Below, in pieces: positions 1-9,634 of a DNA stretch of 64,000 bases (position 1 is the first letter of the stretch; every line of letters begins with the position of its first letter). A model generated the notes under the pieces. The model was given only the letters and a program-made list of their open reading frames with translations. It was not told the origin of the DNA and ran no database searches. Source of the DNA: an uncultured Prevotella sp. (GTDB taxonomy: Bacteria > Bacteroidota > Bacteroidia > Bacteroidales > Bacteroidaceae); NCBI GenBank assembly GCA_944321645.1, contig CALUMB010000002.1, positions 9,209-73,208 on the forward strand, in the 5' to 3' direction. The translations under genes and the position numbers were made by a program.

Positions 1-2463
1 CTCAACTTCACGCCGGGCGACCGCCACGGCTGGCGCACGCTCTCCAGCCGCAGCGTGTGCCGCCGCTACGGCGAGCGCTTCCAGCGCTACCTCGACGGCA
101 ACGCCGGGGTGTTCAGCCGCGTGTTCCCCGTCTACGATGCCGTGGAGGGCGGGCGGTATGCCATCAAGCGGATGCCGCGCCAGCCCAAGGCCACCGTCAG
201 CCTGCTCGAGCGCGAGAAGGACCGCCTGCTCATCGACTTCTACCCCGAGGGCGGCAACATCGTGGAGGGCGTGCCCACGCGGGTGGCCTTCCAGGCCCGC
301 AACACCGCCGGGCGCACGCTCAACGTGGCGGGCGAGCTTGTAAGGCGAGGCAAGTCCGTGGGCTATTTCAAGACCGACTATGCCGGGCGCGGCGTGTTTG
401 CCGTCGGGGCAGACGACACGCAGGGCGAGGAACTTGCCGACAGGCTGCGGCTGAAGCTCACATACGGCGGCCGCGACTACACCTTCTCGCTGCCGCAGCC
501 GCGCAGCCGGGGCTATGTGCTCGGCGTGCTCTCGTCGCCGGAGCGGGTGCGCGCCACCGTTGCCCGCAACGCCGCCACCGAGGGCATGGAGCTTGGGCTT
601 AGCGTTACGTGCCGGGGGCGCACGGCCTACTGCGGCGTGGTTGACCTCCGCCGCGACCTGTCGGCGGCTGTGGACATCGACGCGGCGGCGTTGCCCACGG
701 GCGTCAACGTGGTGACGCTCTTCTCGCCCGGAGGCAAGGTGGTGGCGCAGCGCATGGTGTTCGTTAACAACCACGACGTGGAGCCGCTGCGCCTGGCCTT
801 CGACGTGGGCGGGGCCGACTCGCTGCGCCCTTACGGGCGGGTGGAAGTCGGCTGCAGCGTAGCCGCCCCCGGAGGCCGCAGGGTGGGGCGGCCGGTAAGC
901 TTCGCCATGGCCGTGACCGACGCCGCTGCCCGCGACGTGACATACGACGACGGCAACGCGCTCTCCTACCTGCTGCTCTCGTCGGAGATAAAGGGCTTCG
1001 TGCCGCACCCTGCCTACTATTTCGAGGCCGACGACGCCGACCACCGCGCCGCCCTCGACGTGCTTATGATGGTGCAGGGCTGGACGCGCTACGACTTCGA
1101 GCGCATGATGGACGGCTCGCCCCTCGCGCCAATGCCGGAGGCGGAGCGTGCGCTCGTGTTCCGTGGGCGAGTGCTCGACGACCGCAGCGACCTGAACCGC
1201 GAGGCGTGGCGCCCCGTGCGGAAGAACCTCTGGGTGTATTCCGAGCTTGCCGTCGGCAATGGTGACATCTACTACGGCGAGTGCAAGGTTGACTCCGGCG
1301 GCGTGTTCGCCTTCACCGTGCCGCCGTTTTTCGGCAAGGGGCGGCTGTCGCTCGTGCTCAACCGCGACAGTCTTGGTGCCGTTGGGCAGGGGGGCGACAT
1401 CGCCGGCCACAACTATGATACGCGCCGCAACTACCGCCCGGGCTGGCTCATGGGCCGCCACATAGAGCCGCTCAACGCTTGGTCGCCCCTGCCCAAGGAC
1501 TACAGCTATTACGAGACGGCCGCGCTCAACGAACCCTGGGACGCCAATATGTTCAGCCGCTTCATGGCCGCGCCTGCCAGGCGGGGGCGGTATGTGTCAT
1601 ACGACACGAAAAGCGGAAGCTGGCTCGTGGACGAAATTGTGAAAAGCTCGCGCCGCCGCTGGGCAAACTTCCGCGACGTGCGCCCGGCCTGCGTGACCGA
1701 CGTGGACGAACTGATGACGTGGCTGTCCAACATAATGGGCGACGTGAGCCAGTTCCGCTTCAACCAGGAATTGTGGCTAGGCGGCACCGACTACCTCCAG
1801 ACAGTCACGCTACAGCGCGGGGCAGACCGCTACCTCATGCACCCTAACTACGACGGGTTGCGCGAGATGCTTTATATCTTCGGGCTTGACGGGATGAACC
1901 GCACGCTAATCAATGCCGACTCGTTAGGCATCGGCAACTATCGCAAGGCTTTCGGCACCGACAGCCTGCTGCCGCGCGGCGTGAAGTTCTTCCCACACGA
2001 CGAGAACTTCCGCCAGTTGCGCCTCTATGCCGACGTGGCCGACCGCCGCCTTACCTACCAGGCTGGCGGCCACCGAGAGCGGGTCTATCCGTACAGGCCG
2101 CCGGGCAAGAGCTTCATCGATAGCGAGGGGCTGGCGGAAATGGACGACACACACCCGCTCACGTCCATCTTCAACTTCATAACCGACGACCGCTACAAGG
2201 ACGGAAGCTCGCTGCCGGAGTTCATGGGCTACCGCATCAACTTCCAGGGCATCAACCGCCCCGCAGAGTTCTACCTGCCGGACTACAGCCGAATGCCGCT
2301 GCCGGAGCAGACCGACTACCGCCGCACCGTCTATTGGAACCCTAACGTGACTACCGACGCCGACGGCCGCGCCACCGTGAGCTTCTACAACAACGGCTTC
2401 AGCGACAGGCTCGCCGTCTCGGCGGGCGGCATCACTCCCGACGGAGTGGCGATTGTGCAATGA
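1..2463 (+). CDS. Large Bacteroidetes exported protein (MG2/macroglobulin-like N-terminus, DYRRTxYWNP C-terminus); 5' end outside window
   Basis: Frame is open from base 1. Motifs 'DFYPEGGNIVEG..RVAF', 'YLLLSSEIKG', 'LDVLMMVQGWTRY' and 'DYRRTVYWNPNVTTD' are typical of this family. Confidence 0.75.
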   Translation, partial: LNFTPGDRHGWRTLSSRSVCRRYGERFQRYLDGNAGVFSRVFPVYDAVEGGRYAIKRMPRQPKATVSLLEREKDRLLIDFYPEGGNIVEGVPTRVAFQARNTAGRTLNVAGELVRRGKSVGYFKTDYAGRGVFAVGADDTQGEELADRLRLKLTYGGRDYTFSLPQPRSRGYVLGVLSSPERVRATVARNAATEGMELGLSVTCRGRTAYCGVVDLRRDLSAAVDIDAAALPTGVNVVTLFSPGGKVVAQRMVFVNNHDVEPLRLAFDVGGADSLRPYGRVEVGCSVAAPGGRRVGRPVSFAMAVTDAAARDVTYDDGNALSYLLLSSEIKGFVPHPAYYFEADDADHRAALDVLMMVQGWTRYDFERMMDGSPLAPMPEAERALVFRGRVLDDRSDLNREAWRPVRKNLWVYSELAVGNGDIYYGECKVDSGGVFAFTVPPFFGKGRLSLVLNRDSLGAVGQGGDIAGHNYDTRRNYRPGWLMGRHIEPLNAWSPLPKDYSYYETAALNEPWDANMFSRFMAAPARRGRYVSYDTKSGSWLVDEIVKSSRRRWANFRDVRPACVTDVDELMTWLSNIMGDVSQFRFNQELWLGGTDYLQTVTLQRGADRYLMHPNYDGLREMLYIFGLDGMNRTLINADSLGIGNYRKAFGTDSLLPRGVKFFPHDENFRQLRLYADVADRRLTYQAGGHRERVYPYRPPGKSFIDSEGLAEMDDTHPLTSIFNFITDDRYKDGSSLPEFMGYRINFQGINRPAEFYLPDYSRMPLPEQTDYRRTVYWNPNVTTDADGRATVSFYNNGFSDRLAVSAGGITPDGVAIVQ

Positions 2464-2503
2464 AGAGTTTGGAGCTTTGAATTTTGAATTGCTGAGCCAT
2501 GCT

Positions 2504-2540
2504 CCCTTCCCGCGGGGAGGTATGTAGAGGGGCTTCCTTT
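2504..2540. repeat. Degenerate REP-like palindrome (CCCTCTCCC..GGGAGAG family)
   Basis: cccttcccgcggggaggtatgtagaggggcttccttt resembles the copy at 42892-42927. Confidence 0.5.
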
Positions 2541-2607
2541 CTGGCATGGTCTTTGCTATGGGTTAAATCGTAGAAAACATATACACCATTAAATAAAAAC
2601 AAGCAAA

Positions 2608-2934
2608 ATGAACGAAAACGAGAACAAACAAGGGCAGTTGCAGATAGAACTGCCGCAGCAGGTATCCCAGGGCGAGTATGCCAACTTTGCCATCATCACC
2701 CATTCGAGCAGCGACTTCGTGCTCGACTTCGCCCGCATCTTGCCGGGAGTGCCCAAGGCACAGGTGAAGAGCCGCGTAATCCTTGCGCCCGAACACGCAA
2801 AGCGCCTTCTCATGGCCTTGCAGGAGAACATCGTGCGCTACGAGCGCGAGTTTGGCCAGATAAAGATGCCTTCGCAGAAGGAGGCCGGCCCGCGCACCAT
2901 CGCCCCGTTTAACGTGGGCAACGGCGAAGCGTAA
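2608..2934 (+). CDS. DUF3467-family protein
   Basis: 'GEYANFAIITHSSSDFVLDF...KAQVKSRVILAPEHAKRLL.AL.ENI..YE' signature; A-rich translation initiation region. Confidence 0.85.
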   Translation: MNENENKQGQLQIELPQQVSQGEYANFAIITHSSSDFVLDFARILPGVPKAQVKSRVILAPEHAKRLLMALQENIVRYEREFGQIKMPSQKEAGPRTIAPFNVGNGEA

Positions 2935-2949
2935 CTTTTAATTAAAAAT

Positions 2950-3074
2950 TAAGAATTAAGAGTGAAGAGGTATGATTAGCATCAAGCGCAGAGATCCCGC
3001 GCCAAAGCAAATCATGCCTCTTCACTCTTAATTCTTACTTCCTCGTTTCCTCGCCTCTTCACTCTTAATTCTTA
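2950..3074. terminator. Long AT-rich inverted repeat between convergent genes (probable bidirectional terminator)
   Basis: 2950-2977 vs 3010-3037 are 27/28 complementary; part of the right arm (3016-3037) is directly repeated at 3053-3074. Confidence 0.6.
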
Positions 3075-4459
3075 ATTACAAACACCAGCGAGTCCACGCC
3101 GAGCCTTGTCTCGAGCCAGTCGGCCAGTCGGCGGCGGTCGGCGTTGGGCAGTGCCGCGCCGCGTTTCAGCGTGGCTATTGCCGTGGGGAGCTGCTCCACG
3201 AGCGATGTGTCCGGCGTGGCCTGCGCCGACAGCGAGAGGCTTAGCGACCTTAAGGCGGGGAAGAGCGTGGCGGCCTCTCGCGCCACTTCCGGTGCCATGG
3301 CGTCGTATTGCTCGTAGGTGTTGAGCCTTGCCTGCAGGTATGCAATGCGTGCCTCGCGGTCGCGTATTATCGCCGAGTAGTTCTCCGACGTTGCCCGCAT
3401 GGTGGTAAGCCTGTTGTTAAGCTGCATCACCGAGTCCGACTCTGTGCCTTGAATCACCTTCAGGGCATATTTCCCCATCTTGTATTCGCCTATCAGCCGT
3501 CCGGCGGCGGCTATCGCGCTGTCGCTCAGCTCGCGCCCTACGGCCACCACGCGCAGTGCCATGCTGTCGCGGTCTATGTCGTATGACACTATCTGCGTGC
3601 CGGCGTTGTCGAGCTGTTCGGCCACGAAGCGGCGTGCGTTGGCCTCCAGCACCGTGTCTCTCACGATGTCGTAGGTCATTATGGCGGCGGGTGTCATCGT
3701 CGCCACCACTATTATTACGATATACCGCTTCACGTCGGCCTGCCTCTTGGCCGACCCTTGCGCCACTGGGCTGAACTTTAGCAGCCTTGCGCCCGCGTAG
3801 GTTGCCAGGGCGATGAACACCGTGTTGATGAAGAACAGGTAGAACGCGCCGAGGAAGTAGAGCACGTTGCCCGTGGCCAGCCCGAAGCCGGCGGTGCAGA
3901 GCGGCGGCATGAGCGCGGTGGCTATGGCCACGCCCGGCAGCACGTTGCCCTTGTCCTTGGTGGCCAGGGCCACGAATCCCGCCGCGCCGCCGCACAGTGC
4001 GATGAGCACGTCGTAGAGCGTCGGGGCCGTGCGTGCCAGCAATTCCGACTGTGCTTCGTCTATCGGCGTTATCATGAAGTAGACGGTGGCCGTTGCCACG
4101 CTCACCACCGTGGCCACGCCATAGTTCTTCACCGAGCGTTTCAGCAGCGCGAAGTCGTTGATGCCCACGGCCAGGCCCATGCCGATTATCGGCCCCATGA
4201 GCGGCGAGATGAGCATGGCGCCAATTATCACCGCCGTGGAGTTTACGTTGAGGCCCAGCGAGGCTATGAATATCGCGAACACGAGCACCCACAGCCGCGC
4301 CCCCCGGAACGACACGTCGGCGCTGATGGCGCGTATGGTGGCGGCCTCGTCGGCCTTGTCGGGCATTGCGTCGAAAAACCTGTCTACCAGTGCCCGCGAT
4401 GCCTGCCACAGCCTCTTGGCCAGCATCGCTATCTGTTCACCGTGATTCCTCTCTTCCAT
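3065..4459 (-). CDS. DUF389/TIGR00341-family membrane protein
   Basis: 'IASLGLNVNSTAVIIGAMLISPLMGPI' and 'LPGVAIATALMPPLCTAGFG' motifs. Confidence 0.9.
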   Translation of the reverse strand: MEERNHGEQIAMLAKRLWQASRALVDRFFDAMPDKADEAATIRAISADVSFRGARLWVLVFAIFIASLGLNVNSTAVIIGAMLISPLMGPIIGMGLAVGINDFALLKRSVKNYGVATVVSVATATVYFMITPIDEAQSELLARTAPTLYDVLIALCGGAAGFVALATKDKGNVLPGVAIATALMPPLCTAGFGLATGNVLYFLGAFYLFFINTVFIALATYAGARLLKFSPVAQGSAKRQADVKRYIVIIVVATMTPAAIMTYDIVRDTVLEANARRFVAEQLDNAGTQIVSYDIDRDSMALRVVAVGRELSDSAIAAAGRLIGEYKMGKYALKVIQGTESDSVMQLNNRLTTMRATSENYSAIIRDREARIAYLQARLNTYEQYDAMAPEVAREAATLFPALRSLSLSLSAQATPDTSLVEQLPTAIATLKRGAALPNADRRRLADWLETRLGVDSLVFVIKN

Positions 4460-4511
4460 GTAGCTTTGCGTTTTTAGTCTTGATGGCGCGGGCGTTTCCC
4501 ACGCCTAAGCG

Positions 4512-4519
4512 CAAATATA
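4512..4519 (-). promoter_or_regulatory. Bacteroidetes -7 promoter element (TATATTTG) for DUF389 gene
   Basis: Matches TAnnTTTG about 53 bp upstream of the ATG. Confidence 0.55.
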
Positions 4520-4993
4520 CAAGTTTTTCGCCACACCGCAAGCCATTTCCCCGGGAAAATGCCTTTCCTCCCGCTTCTTTGCAACGCTGCGGCCAAGTTC
4601 GTGAGCAGCAACAGCTTCTAAGCCGTGGCGCGCGGGCATGGGCGCTTTTGCTTTTGCATGGATGGCTGTTTCCCGCCGGGCGGGGCGTAGGCCGGCGCTG
4701 TAGCCCACGCTGCGTGGCCGTAGCCGCCATTGCGTGAAGGCGGGCTTCGGGCGTGGGTGCGCCGTGGCGCGGGGCCGCTGCCTTTCGGATTGTAAGCTGC
4801 CTCGGGCGGAAGCCCGTGTTTGGCCGCCCAAACTTCTGTTAATTCGCCCGCCGCCATGCCGCCGCCAATGCCTCGCGGCTTGTTGGCTGGTTGCCCGCAA
4901 GATGTGGGACTCCTTGATTTTGCTGATTAATTGTGTTCAATTTACATTTCATAGCGTTTTTGGACAAATTTTACTGTTAACGAAAATTAACGT

Positions 4994-5035
4994 GGGGGGG
5001 GGGGTAAACACTTTCAAAAAAATGTGTTACCTTTG
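4994..5035 (+). promoter_or_regulatory. Putative pilus-operon promoter: G11 tract followed by -7 element TACCTTTG
   Basis: G11 at 4994-5004; TACCTTTG at 5028-5035 in an AT-rich island upstream of 5242. Confidence 0.65.
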
Positions 5036-5241
5036 CAAACGGAAGCCGGACGGTAGGCGGCTTTTGCTGACGGCTGCGGGCAACTTGCAGGCGGCAGGGG
5101 AAAGGCGAACTTTATCATACCTACTATACAGAAAGACGTGCGCCGGTGCCTTGCGCCACTTGCGCGAAACGAGGCGGGGCGGTTCATTCGCGAATGAGGG
5201 GTGGGCCGACCGCATAACTAATTTACAGAAAACAAAGGAAA

Positions 5242-6612
5242 GTGAAACAAGCATACAAGACCCTAAGGGCTGCGCTATGCGCTGCTGCCCTGATGGTTGC
5301 CTTGCTTTCGCAGGCACAGGTCATCGACCGCAGGCCGGAGACCGACACGCTGTCGCTGGCCGACCGCATCACCCTGCGCACCAATGCCGTGGACTGGCTG
5401 CTCCTTCTGCCAAACATCGGCGTGGAGTTCGACTTGGGCAACAAGAACTGGAGCCGCTGGAGCATCGGGCTTGACGTGCGCGGCAACTGGCAGACCAAGC
5501 ACACGTTCAAGCCCGGCGTGGTGTACAACCTTGCCGACGTGAGGGGCGAGCTTCGCTACTATTACAGGCCGAAGCAGATAGACAACCGCAAGGTGAAGAA
5601 GCACACGCGCTTCCTCGACAGGCTCTTCTCCTGCCGCCGCGACACCGTGAAGCGGCCGCAGCTGGCATACTACCGCGGGGCCTACGCATCTTATTCAGAC
5701 TTCTCTTTCAAGTTCGGTTCCGAAGGAAAACAGGGCAGTGCCTTGACCCTTGGCGTAAGCTGGGGCTTGGTGCGGCCCCTCTACGTTTTCCGCAACGGCC
5801 ACAGCTTCGACTTCGAGCTTGGCATAAAGGTGGGCCTGGCCTATGCCAAGTACGACACCTACCGCCACTCGCGCGAGGACGACTGCTACCCGGTGACCTC
5901 GCGCGGCAATAGCGGCATATATCCCGTCGTGAGCGACCTCCACGTGGGCTTCGCCTACAGGCTCGGCAAATATCCCTCGCCATCGAAGTACCGCTGGCGC
6001 TACGACGTCGACTACAATTTCGCCATGCTGCAAGACAGCATAAACGATGCCCGCTACAGGGCGAGGATAAACGAGCAGACCGAAGACAGCCTGCGGGAGA
6101 TGGTCGAGAAGGAGTTCTGGCACGTCTACGAAGCTGCGGCAGGGGTAAACAAGGCGTCTGCCGACAAGCTGCGCCAGCAGCAGAAAGAGGCCGAGCGCAC
6201 CCGCCGCGACAGCCTGAAGGCCGCCGAGGGCAAGGCCGGGCGTGCGGCGGCAGACAGCGCAGTGGCTGCCAAGCCTGCCCCCGACAGCCTGGCCGCGCAA
6301 CCCGCCGACACGTTATCTGCCGACACATTGTTGGCTGACAGCCTGGCAGGCAACACAATCGTACCCGCCGACTCATTGCCCGCCGACAGCGCATGGACCG
6401 ACAGCGTGGCCGCGCCGCCTGCCGACCCATTGCCCGCCGACAGCGTGGCCGCGCCTGCCGCACGCGGTGGCGAAGGCGCGGGCGAAGCCACCGTGGCCGA
6501 GGCCAAGCCTGACGAGGGCGGCGACACAACAACTGACGACAACCCCGGCGGCGGCGAAGCTACCGCAGCCGACCCTAACGAAGGAAAGGAGAATGGCGAT
6601 GAGGCACAGTGA
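5242..6612 (+). CDS. DUF3575-family outer-membrane beta-barrel protein with long low-complexity C-terminal tail
   Basis: Signal peptide; 'ITLRTNAVDWLLLLPNIGVEFDL', 'ELRYY', 'FDFELGIKVG'; Ala/Asp/Ser/Pro-rich tail. Confidence 0.8.
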   Translation: MKQAYKTLRAALCAAALMVALLSQAQVIDRRPETDTLSLADRITLRTNAVDWLLLLPNIGVEFDLGNKNWSRWSIGLDVRGNWQTKHTFKPGVVYNLADVRGELRYYYRPKQIDNRKVKKHTRFLDRLFSCRRDTVKRPQLAYYRGAYASYSDFSFKFGSEGKQGSALTLGVSWGLVRPLYVFRNGHSFDFELGIKVGLAYAKYDTYRHSREDDCYPVTSRGNSGIYPVVSDLHVGFAYRLGKYPSPSKYRWRYDVDYNFAMLQDSINDARYRARINEQTEDSLREMVEKEFWHVYEAAAGVNKASADKLRQQQKEAERTRRDSLKAAEGKAGRAAADSAVAAKPAPDSLAAQPADTLSADTLLADSLAGNTIVPADSLPADSAWTDSVAAPPADPLPADSVAAPAARGGEGAGEATVAEAKPDEGGDTTTDDNPGGGEATAADPNEGKENGDEAQ

Positions 6613-8023
6613 CATCTTGGCAAGGCATCTGGCGGCGGTGGGGCTGGCCCTCGTGGCAGCCTCGTGTACGGTCGACGTGGAATTGTGCACCGGCGCCTAC
6701 CATCCGCACTCGGCCGAAGTGAGCTATAATTTCGCGTTCGACACCGACGCCGACGTGCCGGACTCCATGTTCGTAGTGGCCAACAGGGTGGTGGCCCGCC
6801 GCATGGCCATAATGAAAGTGGGCACTGCCGACGGCAAGGGCAGCTTCTTGCTCGGCGAGATGGAAGAGCCGCCCGCCACCCAACAGCCCGGCGACGGCAC
6901 CGCAGGCGGCGACGAGACCCCGGGCGCCAACCCCGGGGGCGGGGAAGGCGGCGCACCCGACGGCGGCGAGGCGCAGCCCGACGGCGGCGTAAGCCCGCAG
7001 TGGGCGCGGTTTGTGGCGCAGGCCGTGGGCGACGGCACGCAAGCCGGCTCCGCCGAAAGCGGCGGCGACGCGCCTGATGGCGGCACCGAGGGAAGCGGCG
7101 CACAGGGTGGCGGCTCCGGCAGCGATGCCGACGAGGGGCCGCTCACGTGGTTCCGCGTGCCGGTAGGCTCGTACAGGTTCCTCACGTTCAACATGGACAC
7201 CACAGAGTTCATCTACGACGACGTGCTGCAATACATCTCCGGCGACGACAGCATGAGCATGGGCGACCTCTACCTCGAATACCGCGTCTACGCCAAAGAC
7301 GAGCCGGGCCTGCGCGAGACCATACCCGGGTGGCAGGACTACAACCCATACGCCGGCTACATACAGCCCGACATCTGCGCCTTCTGCGTGGCCACCACCA
7401 CCACCGAGCTGGCCAGCGGACAGCGCTTCAGGTGCAACTTCAGGCCCGACCTCGTGTCGCAGAACGTAGACGTCTACTTCGACATAAAGAAGGCAAGGGG
7501 CAGCGCACCCTTCGCCATCGACTCCGTGGTGGCCGAAATCTCCGGCCTGCCGTACAGGATGAACATCGTGAACGGCTACTTAGACATAAGCCGCACCAAC
7601 AAGATGATGTTCCGCATGGGGTTCGTGGGCGGAAGCGACTCTTATTCCACGCAGGCGGTGCGCTGCCACGCCAACATCAACATACCGGGCATCGTGCCGG
7701 GAGCCTCCACCGACGTGAACACCGGGCCGGGCATAATGCAGGTGATAATCTACGCCAGCGCCGCCAACCCCGACGACCCCGACGGGCGACCGCTCACGAA
7801 GAAGATACAGGGCAAGATAAACCTCTACAACACGCTGCGCGAGGCGAGGCTCACCGACTACACCGACGACTTCAAGTTCGTGAAGCGCACAAGCGCCCAC
7901 GGCACGCTCGACATCAAGGCCGACCTCGTGATAGACGGCAACCAGATACTGGAGTCGCCCGACAACGACGGCGGCATTGACAGCTGGATTGGCTGCGACA
8001 GCGACTTCGAGGTGGACATCTGA
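6593..8023 (+). CDS. Lipoprotein, DUF5119/Mfa2-like pilus anchor or accessory subunit
   Basis: Lipobox 'VAASC', then 'VELCTGAYHPH'; acidic C-terminus 'GGIDSW...EVDI'; overlaps the upstream stop. Start reassigned from 6242. Confidence 0.65.
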   Translation: MAMRHSDILARHLAAVGLALVAASCTVDVELCTGAYHPHSAEVSYNFAFDTDADVPDSMFVVANRVVARRMAIMKVGTADGKGSFLLGEMEEPPATQQPGDGTAGGDETPGANPGGGEGGAPDGGEAQPDGGVSPQWARFVAQAVGDGTQAGSAESGGDAPDGGTEGSGAQGGGSGSDADEGPLTWFRVPVGSYRFLTFNMDTTEFIYDDVLQYISGDDSMSMGDLYLEYRVYAKDEPGLRETIPGWQDYNPYAGYIQPDICAFCVATTTTELASGQRFRCNFRPDLVSQNVDVYFDIKKARGSAPFAIDSVVAEISGLPYRMNIVNGYLDISRTNKMMFRMGFVGGSDSYSTQAVRCHANINIPGIVPGASTDVNTGPGIMQVIIYASAANPDDPDGRPLTKKIQGKINLYNTLREARLTDYTDDFKFVKRTSAHGTLDIKADLVIDGNQILESPDNDGGIDSWIGCDSDFEVDI

Positions 8024-8133
8024 CCCCATGCGCCACTGCGGCGCGGAACAATGTGACACCCAACATATAATATAAAAAATGTGTGGCCACCGCCCAAGGG
8101 CTTACGGCCACGGCAACAAAACCATACACACGG

Positions 8134-9573
8134 ATGCGTAAAGTGAACAAACCGATGGCCCGCAGGGCCGCGCAAATATTGTTTGCGGCAGTGCTGCCGG
8201 CACTGGCCTTTGTGTCGTGTGCCGACACCTACCCCGAAATAATCAGCAACGACGGCTCGTACATAGGCAACGACGAGACATACGACAAGGTGCCAATCAT
8301 GCTCTTCGTCAACGAGCCGAGCTATTTCTCCATCTCGGCCACGAGGGGGAGCGGCCCGTTCTACGAGGGCAACAACCTTAAGTACGAAAGCTCGTGGTTC
8401 CACGTGTTCGCCTTCCGCGACGGCACAGACCTCCAGGGGGTGTTCAGCCAGCCTGCCGACATGACGGCCACCATACACCCGGGCGGGCAGCACGACCCCG
8501 ACGCCGACAACGCGTCGTGCCTGCTCGACGGCCCCGACTACAACTTCGGCCTGCCCACAAAGCTCGACCCCGACCGCCAGGGGGAGCTTGACCTCTACTC
8601 CACGGGTGCGCTCGTCACCAACGAGAAGTACTATTTCAGCGCGAAATACCAGGACGTGGGCTACAACTTCTTCGGCTACCACCTCGACAACCTCGACCAG
8701 CCGTCGGGAAACTGCGTGCCGCACCGCACGAGCGACCGCATCTGGTACGAACTGACGCTCGACGGCTCGCAGGACATCCTCGTGGGCCACGCGCCGAAGC
8801 TCACCGCCGCCGTGCTCGAAGAGAAAAACCAGCAGGGCAACCTCGGCCTCACCCAGGCCGACAAGGAGCGCATAGTGGCCATCGGCAACTACAGCACCTA
8901 CGCTGCCCACCGCGCCGTCTACCCCGTGATGGAGCTTAGCCACTGCCTCTCGCAGTTTAAGTTCGAGGTGTCGCCGGGCGACGAGACCGCCGACAAGATT
9001 AAGATTACCAAGGTGGCCATAGAGGGCAAGAACAGCGGCGAGCTTACCGTGGCCGCCCACGACCTCAGCCGCCTCGGCTTCGCGCCGCGCGGCTCGGTGG
9101 GCGAGATGCTGCTCCACGAGGAGATACAGAAGGTGGGCGAGGACTCCATCGCCCCCGTGCTCGACGGCGACAATTACTCGTTCCGCTACAACCCGTCGCT
9201 GGGCGACTGGCGCAACCAGGAGAGGGTGGAGCTGGGCGACTGCGTGATGGTGCCGGTCGACTCGGCATACACGCTCAAGATTTACTTCACGCAGACGCTC
9301 GACAACGGCCAGACAAAGGACGTGATAACGAGGTACAGGCTCCGCGCCGGCACCGACCGCAACTACTACGAGTACAACAGCGCCGAGCGCAAATACTATT
9401 TCCGCCCGGGCTACAGCTACACCGTGAGCGTGGCCATCTACGGACTCCAGCCAATTGTGATGAGCATCAACATTACAGGCTGGAAAGACGGCGGCTCGAT
9501 TGACATCGACCCCGACAACCCCGACCAGGAGACCGGCAGCGGACACCTGGGCGACGAGGTGGTGGTGGAGTGA
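8134..9573 (+). CDS. Fimbrillin (type V pilin) lipoprotein 1
   Basis: Lipobox 'FVSC', propeptide Arg site 'ATRG', 'LDGSQDIL', C-terminal 'FRPGYSYTV.V.IYG...I..W.DGGSIDI'. Confidence 0.8.
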   Translation: MRKVNKPMARRAAQILFAAVLPALAFVSCADTYPEIISNDGSYIGNDETYDKVPIMLFVNEPSYFSISATRGSGPFYEGNNLKYESSWFHVFAFRDGTDLQGVFSQPADMTATIHPGGQHDPDADNASCLLDGPDYNFGLPTKLDPDRQGELDLYSTGALVTNEKYYFSAKYQDVGYNFFGYHLDNLDQPSGNCVPHRTSDRIWYELTLDGSQDILVGHAPKLTAAVLEEKNQQGNLGLTQADKERIVAIGNYSTYAAHRAVYPVMELSHCLSQFKFEVSPGDETADKIKITKVAIEGKNSGELTVAAHDLSRLGFAPRGSVGEMLLHEEIQKVGEDSIAPVLDGDNYSFRYNPSLGDWRNQERVELGDCVMVPVDSAYTLKIYFTQTLDNGQTKDVITRYRLRAGTDRNYYEYNSAERKYYFRPGYSYTVSVAIYGLQPIVMSINITGWKDGGSIDIDPDNPDQETGSGHLGDEVVVE

Positions 9574-9634
9574 CCCATACCGGGCAATCAATTTTCAGCA
9601 AAATACATTATTAACTAAAAAAGAAAATGTAATT

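Noticed and set aside
4734-5241. ORF 4734..5474 and a possible invertible promoter upstream of the pilus operon
   Set aside because: The ORF runs through promoter sequence with no protein features; I found no convincing flanking inverted repeats or nearby recombinase.
7858-9591. Long antisense or alternative-frame ORFs (e.g. 7858..9591, 42833..44404, 44600..45994, 58179..59456)
   Set aside because: They overlap well-supported genes, have biased composition and show no motifs, as expected in high-GC DNA.
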